From: Clostridia bacterium
GTDB lineage: Bacteria > Bacillota > Clostridia > Oscillospirales > Butyricicoccaceae
DNA: 24,923 bases
Reading direction: 5' to 3'
Assembly: GCA_017560175.1 (NCBI GenBank)
Contig: JAFYOK010000190.1
Coordinates: 1 to 24,923 of the forward strand
Each line of letters begins with the position of its first letter. The first letter of the stretch is position 1. The notes under the pieces are model-generated. The model saw nothing but the letters and a program-made list of their open reading frames with translations. It ran no database searches and had not been told where the DNA came from. The position numbers and the translations under genes were made by a program. Positions 1 to 8,247 of the stretch are shown one piece after another.

Positions 1-1257
1 AATGGCGAAGCGGTCTACCTCTATGTTGGCGAGACCCAGGACGAAGAGGGACAGTTTATTGCCAAGACCATTCTGGAAGGTCGTACAAGAGGTGAAAAAC
101 TCAACACATATACCATCCTCTATCGCAACCATGCGCTGTCCAACGGTATCGAGTATGCCTTCAAGCGTAATGGTATTCCGTACCGTATCGTTGCCGGTCA
201 CCGCTTTGCCGATCGTGCCGAAGTCCGTGATATGATCGCTTATCTGTGGGTCATCAGCAATCCCGCCGATACCATCCGTCTGTCCCGCATCATCAATGTT
301 CCTGCCCGTAAGATCGGTGCCAAGACCATTGATATGCTGCAGGAGACCGCTGTTCGTGAAGGCATCTCCATGTTTGAGGCAGCAGAACGCAGCGACAGCT
401 ATGCCGATCTGGCACGCAGCGCACCTGCATTGCAGGCTTTCACCGGTATGATTCGTGAACTGCAGGAGATGAAGAACGAACTGCCCATGGACAAGCTCTA
501 TGATCTGCTTATTGAAAAGAGCGGCTACGACATCTATCTGGCCGGTCAGGGCAATGAGGGTAAGACCCGTATGGAGAACGTTCTGGAACTTAAGTCGAGC
601 ATTCTTGATTATTGCGAAAAGCATGAAGAACCCACCCTGGAGGGCTTCCTGGAAGAGTGGTCGCTTATTGCCGACATTGATACCTTTGACGAGGAGACAG
701 AAGCGGTCACCATGATGACCATGCACTCGGCCAAGGGCCTGGAGTTTGATACTGTCTTTATCTGTGGTGCCGAAGAGGGCATTTTCCCCTCCTACCGCTC
801 GATGGACAGCGAAGAGGAGATCGAGGAAGAACGCCGTATCTGCTATGTTGCTATGACTCGTGCAAAGAAGCACTTGTTCATTACATCCGCCAGACGTCGT
901 CTGTTGTATGGCCAGACCACTTTCGGCAAGCTTTCCCGTTTTGTAGAAGAGATCGATCCGCAGTATATCCAGCGTCATGTGCCTCGTGTCAATCCCACGG
1001 CCGAACAGCGTGCAGCTGCTCCGGCCAGACGTCCTGTTCAGCGCCCCTCGATTTCTGTTGCGCCCAAGAAGGAAGCGCCCAAGGGTGCATTGGCTTTTGC
1101 CAAGGGTGATCTGGTCGTTCACAGAGCCTTCGGCAGCGGACGTATTGAAAATGTCACACCTATGGGTGGCGACCTGCTGTTGGAGATCGTTTTTGCTGAT
1201 GCCGGAACCAAAATGATGATGGCTAAGACAGCATCTCAGTATCTTTCTAAAATCTAA
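1..1257 (+). CDS. pcrA: ATP-dependent DNA helicase PcrA/UvrD, 5'-truncated by the window edge
   Basis: Frame 1 is open from base 1 (NGEAVYLY...ILYRNHALSN...GIPYRIVAG) and continues into the 232..1257 ORF. SF1 motifs TMHSAKGLEF and EERRICYVAMTRAK are present, plus a C-terminal Tudor-like domain (GDLVVHRAFGSG). Confidence 0.95.
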   Translation, partial: NGEAVYLYVGETQDEEGQFIAKTILEGRTRGEKLNTYTILYRNHALSNGIEYAFKRNGIPYRIVAGHRFADRAEVRDMIAYLWVISNPADTIRLSRIINVPARKIGAKTIDMLQETAVREGISMFEAAERSDSYADLARSAPALQAFTGMIRELQEMKNELPMDKLYDLLIEKSGYDIYLAGQGNEGKTRMENVLELKSSILDYCEKHEEPTLEGFLEEWSLIADIDTFDEETEAVTMMTMHSAKGLEFDTVFICGAEEGIFPSYRSMDSEEEIEEERRICYVAMTRAKKHLFITSARRRLLYGQTTFGKLSRFVEEIDPQYIQRHVPRVNPTAEQRAAAPARRPVQRPSISVAPKKEAPKGALAFAKGDLVVHRAFGSGRIENVTPMGGDLLLEIVFADAGTKMMMAKTASQYLSKI

Positions 1258-1286
1258 GATTTATTTAAACAGAAGGGGGTAAAGAT

Positions 1287-2738
1287 ATGACCAATCTGGA
1301 AATGCAGAAAAAGCTCAATGCTGTTATTGAAGAAATGAAGGCGGCATGGCATATTCCGTCCATTATGATGTCGGTCACCTGTAAGGGTGAGACCTTCTAC
1401 TGTGGCGGCGGTATGGCTGATGTGGCAGCGCAGACATCTGCCAATGAGCATACACTCTATGCCATTGCATCGGCATCCAAGGCTTTTATTGCTACAGCTG
1501 TCTGTATGCTGGTCGATGAGGGTAAGTTGACTTTGGATCAGCCGGTCAGACAGCTGCTGCCCGATTTTGAGATGTATGATCCTTATATGACCGAGCATCT
1601 GACCATGCGTGATGCCATGAGTCACCGCAGCGGATTGCCTCGTCATGACCTGACCTGGTATCTGCAGCCCCATCTGAATATCCGTCAGCTGGTCCACAAT
1701 CTGCGCTATATGCCGCCTGCGTACGAGCCTCGTACCCGGATGCACTATCAGAACCACATGTTTACGCTGGCGACCGTCCTGGTAGAAGAACTGTCGGGCA
1801 TGCCCTGGAACGAGTTTGTCGAATCCCGCATCCTCAAGCCGTTGGGTATGAACCGCACCTATTGCCTGCCGGTTCAGTTCCGCGGCATTGCCGATAATGT
1901 TGCCCAGCCTTATGCCTATATGGGCGGTGAGATCCGTCAGATGCCTTATGCAGATATTTCCGGTGTCGGCTGTGCCGGATGTATCACATCGACGGTACAC
2001 GACCTGGCTATCTGGGCTCGTTTGCAGGCAGGGGAAGGTGAGCTGGATGGCGTACGATATTTTTCCAAAGAACGTGCAGCCGACCTGCATTCGCCCCAGA
2101 TGATCATCAAACCGGGTGAGATGTCGGATATGGCTTTTGCCGAAGTCGGCCATACAGCCTATGGCTTGGGTTGGTTTATCGAAAGCTACCGTGGACATAC
2201 ACTGGTTCATCACGGCGGCACCATCGATGGATTCAAGAGCATTGTCGGCTATCTTCCGGAGGAAGATGTCAGTTTTGCGGTGCTGACCAACCTGGAGCGC
2301 AACCAGTCGCCTATGGCACTGACCTATGCACTCTGTGATCTGGCGCTGGGACTGGAACCCATCGACTGGACAGCGAAGATGGGTGCCGAGCTCAAGCGTC
2401 TTGCCGAACTGTCGGCAGGTAAGGCGAAGAATATGCTGGCAGATATCGATCCTTCGGCAGCATTTTCCAAATCTTTTGAGGCTTATGTCGGTACATATAG
2501 TCATGGCGCTTACGGTAATATTACAATAACTGCAGGGGAGAAGGACCTTATGGTCACGTTGGGCAGATTTACATTGCCCCTTACACCTGCAGGCAATGAA
2601 GCCTTTGTGATCGATACCGGTCTGCTTGGTGTACTGCCCGGCTGCTTTATCAGTGACCCCGATGGTAAAGTGATCGGTGTGGAAGCCGGACTGGAGCCCG
2701 ATCTTAATGCATACATCCCCTTCAAAAAGGCAGAATAG
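1287..2738 (+). CDS. Serine hydrolase, beta-lactamase/PBP-like (class C/S12-type) with C-terminal extension; no signal peptide
   Basis: SxxK (ASASK), YxN (HYQN) and HGG (HHGGTIDG) motifs. RBS AAGGGGGT upstream. The N-terminus is charged with no hydrophobic signal stretch. Confidence 0.85.
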   Translation: MTNLEMQKKLNAVIEEMKAAWHIPSIMMSVTCKGETFYCGGGMADVAAQTSANEHTLYAIASASKAFIATAVCMLVDEGKLTLDQPVRQLLPDFEMYDPYMTEHLTMRDAMSHRSGLPRHDLTWYLQPHLNIRQLVHNLRYMPPAYEPRTRMHYQNHMFTLATVLVEELSGMPWNEFVESRILKPLGMNRTYCLPVQFRGIADNVAQPYAYMGGEIRQMPYADISGVGCAGCITSTVHDLAIWARLQAGEGELDGVRYFSKERAADLHSPQMIIKPGEMSDMAFAEVGHTAYGLGWFIESYRGHTLVHHGGTIDGFKSIVGYLPEEDVSFAVLTNLERNQSPMALTYALCDLALGLEPIDWTAKMGAELKRLAELSAGKAKNMLADIDPSAAFSKSFEAYVGTYSHGAYGNITITAGEKDLMVTLGRFTLPLTPAGNEAFVIDTGLLGVLPGCFISDPDGKVIGVEAGLEPDLNAYIPFKKAE

Positions 2739-2783
2739 ACAAAAAAACAGCCTGTAGAAAATACAAAATAGTCAAAATAAAGA

Positions 2784-2812
2784 TTGCATTCTACAGGCGG
2801 CTATGCTATTAT
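2784..2812 (+). promoter_or_regulatory. Sigma-A promoter of rplS
   Basis: TTGCAT (2784-2789), 17 bp spacer, TATTAT (2807-2812) with extended -10 TG at 2804-2805. Confidence 0.75.
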
Positions 2813-2835
2813 AATCAAGCATGCTATTTAATTTA

Positions 2836-2871
2836 CGGATGGTCCTCTGCCGAAGTCGGGCAAGAACATCT
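2836..2871 (+). ncRNA. L19 ribosomal protein leader (cis-regulatory RNA)
   Basis: Stem GATG.TC/GA.CATC encloses CTC and an inner stem TGCC/GGCA, directly upstream of the rplS RBS. It resembles the Firmicute L19 leader consensus (GAUGUUCCGCUG...GAACAUC) as recalled; not verified with a covariance model. Confidence 0.7.
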
Positions 2872-2894
2872 ATGACGAAAGGAATCAAGAAACT

Positions 2895-3236
2895 ATGGAT
2901 CTGATTAAGAAACTGACTGAATCTCAGCTGAAGGACAATGCCATCAACTTCAAGGTCGGCGATACCGTTAAGGTTCACGCTAAGATCAAGGAAGGCACAC
3001 GCGAGAGAATCCAGATCTTCGAGGGTACTGTTATTGCTAGAAAGCACGGCGGCATCCAGGAGACAATGACTGTTAGACGCGTATCTTACGGCGTCGGCGT
3101 CGAGAAGACATTCCCCGTTCACTCCCCCAACATCGAAAAGGTTGAGGTTGTTAGAAGCGGTAAGGTCAGACGCGCTAAGCTGTACTATCTGCGTAATAGA
3201 GTTGGTAAGGCTGCTAAGGTCAAGCAGGATATCTAA
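2895..3236 (+). CDS. rplS: 50S ribosomal protein L19
   Basis: [42 protein letters not shown]; highly expressed codon bias. Confidence 0.99.
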   Translation: MDLIKKLTESQLKDNAINFKVGDTVKVHAKIKEGTRERIQIFEGTVIARKHGGIQETMTVRRVSYGVGVEKTFPVHSPNIEKVEVVRSGKVRRAKLYYLRNRVGKAAKVKQDI

Positions 3237-3250
3237 CATCCGAAAAAATG

Positions 3251-3279
3251 GGGGACGGGTAACTCGTCCCCTTTCTTTT
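3251..3279 (+). terminator. Intrinsic terminator after rplS
   Basis: GGGGACG / CGTCCCC stem followed by TTTCTTTT. Confidence 0.85.
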
Positions 3280-3343
3280 CATTCCTGCGATTTTTTGGGA
3301 AATGCCATTTGAGGCATTTTGTGATGAAATAAGGTGTTTATCT

Positions 3344-3907
3344 ATGGAAGAAAAAGATAAAAAGACCGGAGAAAACAAGGAAAATACGAGTGTTGCATTG
3401 GAGCTGTTTGGCTGGGCACAGTCGCTGATCTGGGCGCTGCTTGTTCTTGTCTTCATCAGCTCTTTTTTTGTACGTATTTCAGGTGTTAATGGCGACTCAA
3501 TGTATCCTACACTGCATCATGGCGACCGTATGCTGCTTCGTCTGAATTACAACGAACCGAAGCATGGTGATATCGTCGTTGTTATGGCACCCGGATTTGA
3601 CGAAAATGAGCCGTTGGTCAAGCGTATCATTGCAGTTGCCGGTGATGAGATCGATATCGATGACGAAGGCAATGTGTGGGTGAACGGAGAGCATCTCTAC
3701 GAACCCTATGTCAACGAACAGTATTTTAACGGCGGTTCGATGTCTTATCCGTATTATGTCCCTGAAGGACATGTGTTTGTTATGGGCGACAACCGCAACT
3801 ATAGTGCTGACAGCCGCGCCGAATATATCGGTGCGCTGAAAGTAGAAGATATTATCGGTCGTGTATTTTTCCGTATGTGGCCGATGAACAGCTTTGGAGG
3901 TCTTTAA
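3344..3907 (+). CDS. lepB: Signal peptidase I
   Basis: One TM segment, then GDSMYPTL (catalytic Ser), LVKRIIA (catalytic Lys), GDNRNYSADSR. Start placed at ATG 3344 (RBS AAGGTG) rather than 3302. Confidence 0.95.
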   Translation: MEEKDKKTGENKENTSVALELFGWAQSLIWALLVLVFISSFFVRISGVNGDSMYPTLHHGDRMLLRLNYNEPKHGDIVVVMAPGFDENEPLVKRIIAVAGDEIDIDDEGNVWVNGEHLYEPYVNEQYFNGGSMSYPYYVPEGHVFVMGDNRNYSADSRAEYIGALKVEDIIGRVFFRMWPMNSFGGL

Positions 3908-4759
3908 ATGAGCATCAACTGGTATCCCGGACATATGGCCAAGACCCGCAGGCTGATGCTGGGAGATTTGAAAAGTATCGACATGGTCGTTGAGGTGCGT
4001 GATGCACGTATTCCGGAAAGTTCCAAGAACCCCGACCTGGTCGAACTGGCCAATGGCAAAAAGCGTATGCTGGTCCTCAATCGTGAAGACCAGGCGGATC
4101 CCAATGCCACGGCCAAGTGGGTCAATTATTATAAATCTCAGGGCTATACTGTTATGACATCCAACAGTCAGCAGGGTGGCTTTATGAAGGATTTCACCAA
4201 GGCGGTGGAAGAATGCTGCGCCGAGATCATCGAGCGCAATGCACAGAAGGGCATCAACCGTACCATCAAGATTATGATCGTCGGTATCCCCAATGTCGGT
4301 AAGTCTTCTTTTATCAATCGCCTGCTGGGTAAGAAGTCGGCCATTGCCGCCGACCGTCCCGGTGTTACCCGCAGCAAGCAGTGGTTCAATCTGGCCGGTA
4401 AGTATGACTTTATGGATACACCCGGTATGCTGTGGCCTAAGATCGAGGACGATGCCATTGGCTATAAGCTGGCCTTTATGGGTACCATCCGCGATGAGAT
4501 CCTCGATATCGAAGATCTCGCCTGCAAGCTGCTGGAAGTTCTGCGCGAGTCCTATACAGAGAATGTTGTAAAGCGATATGGCATTACAGGCATCAGCGAT
4601 GAACTGACCTATGATACGCTGGAAGAAATGGCACAGAAGCGCGGTTTCCTGGCCGGACGCGGCATGCTGGATACCGAGCGTATGGCCAAGGTCTTCATTG
4701 ATGAGTTCCGTTCGGGTAAGCTGGGCCGCATGACGCTGGAACTGCCTCCGAAGGCATAA
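3908..4759 (+). CDS. rbgA: Ribosome biogenesis GTPase RbgA/YlqF
   Basis: [11 protein letters not shown]-terminus; circularly permuted GTPase motifs [17 protein letters not shown]. Confidence 0.97.
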   Translation: MSINWYPGHMAKTRRLMLGDLKSIDMVVEVRDARIPESSKNPDLVELANGKKRMLVLNREDQADPNATAKWVNYYKSQGYTVMTSNSQQGGFMKDFTKAVEECCAEIIERNAQKGINRTIKIMIVGIPNVGKSSFINRLLGKKSAIAADRPGVTRSKQWFNLAGKYDFMDTPGMLWPKIEDDAIGYKLAFMGTIRDEILDIEDLACKLLEVLRESYTENVVKRYGITGISDELTYDTLEEMAQKRGFLAGRGMLDTERMAKVFIDEFRSGKLGRMTLELPPKA

Positions 4760-4770
4760 GAATAATAGTG

Positions 4771-5397
4771 ATGTATACCTATGAAAAACCCTATTGGGAT
4801 GAGGCCAAACTGGTCTGCGGCATCGATGAAGCGGGAAGAGGCCCTTTGGCCGGCCCGGTCTGTGCAGCTGCAGTTATCCTCGATCCCAACTATACCATCG
4901 AAGGTCTCAATGACTCCAAGAAGCTGAGTGAGAAGAAACGTGATCTTCTGTTTGAGGAGATCAAGGCACACGCCCTCAGTTACTGTATCGCTTTTGCCAC
5001 CGAGCAGGAGATCGACGAATACAATATCCTGCAGGCTACCTTTATGGCCATGAAACGTGCGTATGACGGTCTTGATCGATCGGCAGATGTTGCCTTTGTT
5101 GATGGCAATCGTGATCCCGGTCTGGCTTGTAATGAAACCATCTGCATTGTGAAGGGCGATGCCAAGAGTGCCTCGGTCGCAGCCGCTTCCATTCTGGCAA
5201 AGGTTACCCGAGACCGCTATATGGAGATGCTGGATGAACAATATCCCCAGTATCTCTTCAAGGTTCATAAGGGATATCCCACCAAGAAGCATGTAGAGAC
5301 GCTGCTGGAACATGGTCCTTCGCCTGTCCATCGTCAGACTTTCCTCAAGAAGATCCTGGCCCGCGGTACCTATAAGACAGCGGACGCTGAGGCCTGA
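4771..5397 (+). CDS. rnhB: Ribonuclease HII
   Basis: GIDEAGRGPLAGPV, DSKKLSEKKR, VKGDAKS, AAASILAKVTRD, KGYPT. Alternative GTG start at 4768. Confidence 0.97.
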   Translation: MYTYEKPYWDEAKLVCGIDEAGRGPLAGPVCAAAVILDPNYTIEGLNDSKKLSEKKRDLLFEEIKAHALSYCIAFATEQEIDEYNILQATFMAMKRAYDGLDRSADVAFVDGNRDPGLACNETICIVKGDAKSASVAAASILAKVTRDRYMEMLDEQYPQYLFKVHKGYPTKKHVETLLEHGPSPVHRQTFLKKILARGTYKTADAEA

Positions 5398-5398
5398 T

Positions 5399-5743
5399 AT
5401 GCAGGATAAACTGATCGGGCGATATGGCGAGGAAATCGCCGCAGCATTTCTGCAGAAGAAGGGCTATACCATCCTGGCTCGAGGTTATCGGAGCTATCAT
5501 GGAGAGATCGATCTGATCGCGCGTAAGGATGATGTAGTGGCTTTTGTAGAGGTCAAGACCCGTAAAAATCAAAGCTATCTGCCGGCCTCTGCGGCTGTAG
5601 GCAGGGAAAAGCAGAAGCGTATTCTTGCCACAGCTGATCGGTGGATCACCGAGCACGAGAGCTGTGACCAGTTCAGTTTTGATATTATTGAAGTATACAC
5701 AGAAGATAAAACCATAAGGCATATCAAGAATGCCTTTGTGTAG
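5399..5743 (+). CDS. yraN: YraN family (UPF0102) nuclease
   Basis: GRYGEEIAAAFL, GEIDLIA, FVEVKTR, FDIIEV. ATG at 5399, 1 bp after the rnhB stop. Confidence 0.92.
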   Translation: MQDKLIGRYGEEIAAAFLQKKGYTILARGYRSYHGEIDLIARKDDVVAFVEVKTRKNQSYLPASAAVGREKQKRILATADRWITEHESCDQFSFDIIEVYTEDKTIRHIKNAFV

Positions 5744-5754
5744 TGGTGATAAAA

Positions 5755-6456
5755 ATGGCACTGTATGCAATCGGAGATATGCACCTGTCGGAAAGCGTCA
5801 ATAAGCCGATGGATATTTTTGGCGGTGCATGGGATAACTACCGTGAAAAGCTGCTCAAGGGTCTTTCCTGCCTGAAGGAAGAGGATATGCTGGTGATCGC
5901 CGGCGATTTTTCCTGGGGCATGAGCCTGAAAGAGGCACTGGCTGATTTTAAGCTGCTGAATACTTTCCCCGGAAAAAAGGTTTTCCTCAAGGGCAACCAT
6001 GATTACTGGTGGGATACGGTCAGCAAAATGAATCGTTTTTTTGATGAGAACGAATTAAAAGATCAGCTCTTTTTGCACAATAATTGTATCTTTTATAACG
6101 ATACGGTTCTCTGTGGCACAAGAGGATGGTTTTTTGACCCTTCTGATGAAACGGCAGGAGATGAAAAGGTCTTCAAGCGCGAATTGATGCGTCTGGAAGC
6201 CTCTTTAAAAGAGGCACATAAGCTGCATCCCGGTTGTGAGATCTATTGTTTCCTTCATTATCCGCCTGTTTTCATGCGGACAGAGGTCGAGCCTATCACA
6301 TCGTTGCTCAAGCAGTATGGCGTTGCCCGCTGCTACTATGGACATCTCCATGGTGAGAGCCTGCGAGGTGCTTTTAATGGTACCCGCGATGGTGTTATCT
6401 ACCAGAATATCTCGGCAGACTATGTCGGCTTCAAGCCGGTGCTGCTCAAGCTGTAA
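5755..6456 (+). CDS. Calcineurin-like metallophosphoesterase, function unknown
   Basis: DMH, AGD, GNHD, HYPP and GHLH metal-binding motifs. ATG 5755 preferred over GTG 5743. Confidence 0.9.
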   Translation: MALYAIGDMHLSESVNKPMDIFGGAWDNYREKLLKGLSCLKEEDMLVIAGDFSWGMSLKEALADFKLLNTFPGKKVFLKGNHDYWWDTVSKMNRFFDENELKDQLFLHNNCIFYNDTVLCGTRGWFFDPSDETAGDEKVFKRELMRLEASLKEAHKLHPGCEIYCFLHYPPVFMRTEVEPITSLLKQYGVARCYYGHLHGESLRGAFNGTRDGVIYQNISADYVGFKPVLLKL

Positions 6457-6464
6457 TAAAACGA

Positions 6465-6503
6465 AAAGCGCATTGGACGCAGGATGTCCGATGCGCTTTC
6501 TTT
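6465..6503 (+). terminator. Intrinsic terminator
   Basis: AAAGCGCATTGGAC / GTCCGATGCGCTTT stem (one G-U) followed by CTTT. Confidence 0.8.
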
Positions 6504-6665
6504 ATGTAAAATTTTACAGATGATTTCGGAAAGTGTATCCGGGTTTTCAAGTGCTTCTTTATAGTATTCTCGGGCAAGATAGATTCTTCGCAGAATAATT
6601 TTTGCAAAAAGCAGGGGAAAACGTCTGAAAACCCTTATGAAAGCAGGGTTTTTACAAAATATCTC

Positions 6666-6694
6666 TTCACAAACAAAAAAAGATGTGCTATGAT
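6666..6694 (+). promoter_or_regulatory. Sigma-A promoter of the tig-clpP-clpX operon
   Basis: TTCACA (6666-6671), 17 bp spacer, TATGAT (6689-6694) with extended -10 TG at 6686-6687. Confidence 0.7.
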
Positions 6695-6836
6695 AGTTCG
6701 GTGAATGTTTGTGGAAGTGTGTTATACACATCAGACACAGATATTGCCCTGCAAGGCAGCATCTGACGGTTTCGCGTTCCGCAGAGCTGTTGTATTAGAG
6801 CATAAAAACTTTAAATATCTTAAGGAGGGTTTCCAA

Positions 6837-8204
6837 GTGAAACTGACAAACGTCGAAAAGAAAGAAAACTTCCAGGTCGAACTGTCCATCATCGTTGAGA
6901 AGGAAGAGTTCGAAGCTGGCATCCAGGCTGCTTACCACAAGATCAAGGGCAGCGTCAACATCCCCGGCTTCCGTAAGGGCAAGGCTCCCAGAAAGATGAT
7001 CGAGAAGATGTACGGCGTAGAAGTCTTCTACGAAGATGCTATCGACCACTGCTATCCCGCTGCTTACGATGCAGCTGTTAAGGAAGCCGGCATTTCTCCC
7101 ATCGCTATCCTGGCTATGACAGACGCTACAGTTGAAGAAGGCGAGCTGAAGCTGGGTCTGCTGGTTCAGCTCAAGCCCGAGCTGACTGTTAAGGCTTACA
7201 AGGGCCTCGAGGCTGAGAAGAAGGCTGCTGAGGTTTCCGACGAGGATGTCCAGGCTGAGCTGGAGAAGATGGCTCAGAGAAACAGCCGCCAGGTCACAGT
7301 TGACCGCGCTGCTAAGATGGGTGACAGCGTCAAGTTCGACTTCAAGGGCTTCCAGGACGGCGTCGCTTTCGAGGGCGGCGAGGCTGAAGGCTATGAGCTG
7401 ATGCTGGGCTCCGGCATGTTCATCCCCGGTTTCGAAGAGCAGATCGAGGGTCATGTCGCCGGTGACGAGTTCGACGTCGATGTTACATTCCCCGCTGAGT
7501 ACCAGGCTGAAGAGCTGGCCGGCAAGCCTGCTGTCTTCAAGTGCAAGCTGCACGAAGTCCACGAGATTCAGAAGCCCGAGCTGGACGACGAGTTCGCTAA
7601 GGACGTCTCCGAGTTCGACACACTGGACGAGTACAAGGCTGATATGAAGTCCAAGATGCAGGCTATGGCTGAGCAGAATGCTGATCGTGCTTTCGAAGAG
7701 GCTCTGATGGGCAAGCTGGTCGAGGGCCTCGAGGGCGAGATCCCCGAAGTCATGGTCGAGAAGGAGATCGACTTCATCGTTAACGACTACTCCTACCAGA
7801 TCGCTATGCAGAGCGGTATGAAGTTCGATGACTACCTGTCCATGAGCGGCATGAACATCGATATGTTCCGTTCCATGTTCAAGGCTACAGCTGAGACACG
7901 CGTCAAGACACGCCTGGCTCTGGAGGCTGTTGTCCGCGCTGAGGCTATCGAAGTCACAGAAGAAGAGATGGAGAAGCAGTTCGCTGATATGGCTGCTCAG
8001 TACGGCATGGAAGTCGAGGCTGTCAAGGCTCAGATCAACGCAGCTGACCTGAAGATGGATCTGGCTGTTTCCAAGGCTGTTGAGGTCGTCAAGGCTGAAG
8101 CTAAGGTTGCTAAGGCTAAGAAGGCTCGCAAGCCCGCTGCTAAGAAGACAAAGAAGGCTGAGGCCGAAGAAGTTTCGACAGAAAAGGCTGAAGACAACGA
8201 GTAA
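6837..8204 (+). CDS. tig: Trigger factor
   Basis: PGFRKGKAP ribosome-binding signature and FKBP domain (FIPGFEEQI). GTG start at 6837 with RBS AAGGAGG at 6822-6828; the ORF-track start at 6705 is too far upstream. Confidence 0.98.
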   Translation: MKLTNVEKKENFQVELSIIVEKEEFEAGIQAAYHKIKGSVNIPGFRKGKAPRKMIEKMYGVEVFYEDAIDHCYPAAYDAAVKEAGISPIAILAMTDATVEEGELKLGLLVQLKPELTVKAYKGLEAEKKAAEVSDEDVQAELEKMAQRNSRQVTVDRAAKMGDSVKFDFKGFQDGVAFEGGEAEGYELMLGSGMFIPGFEEQIEGHVAGDEFDVDVTFPAEYQAEELAGKPAVFKCKLHEVHEIQKPELDDEFAKDVSEFDTLDEYKADMKSKMQAMAEQNADRAFEEALMGKLVEGLEGEIPEVMVEKEIDFIVNDYSYQIAMQSGMKFDDYLSMSGMNIDMFRSMFKATAETRVKTRLALEAVVRAEAIEVTEEEMEKQFADMAAQYGMEVEAVKAQINAADLKMDLAVSKAVEVVKAEAKVAKAKKARKPAAKKTKKAEAEEVSTEKAEDNE

Positions 8205-8247
8205 TATAATTTATATGACTTCGTATCCCGGAAAGGAGAGCATATAA

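Noticed and set aside
2-235. 77 aa ORF suggesting a frameshift or leader before pcrA
   Set aside because: The pcrA frame is open from base 1; this ORF is an off-frame overlap.
1254-2504. 416 aa minus-strand ORF opposite the serine hydrolase
   Set aside because: Antisense shadow with no family motif.
3300-3319. Hairpin AAATGCC/GGCATTT between the rplS terminator and lepB
   Set aside because: A 7 bp stem with no supporting feature; compatible with chance.
6420-6731. 103 aa minus-strand ORF in the tig upstream gap
   Set aside because: Runs through a terminator and promoter, has no RBS and has non-protein-like composition.
6705-6836. 44 aa N-terminal extension of trigger factor in the ORF track
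   Set aside because: A strong RBS and GTG at 6837 give the normal N-terminus; the extension is leader sequence.
8204-8216. TATAAT inside the palindrome ATATAATTTATAT before clpP
   Set aside because: No -35 at 16-18 bp and no extended -10 TG; an internal clpP promoter is not supported.
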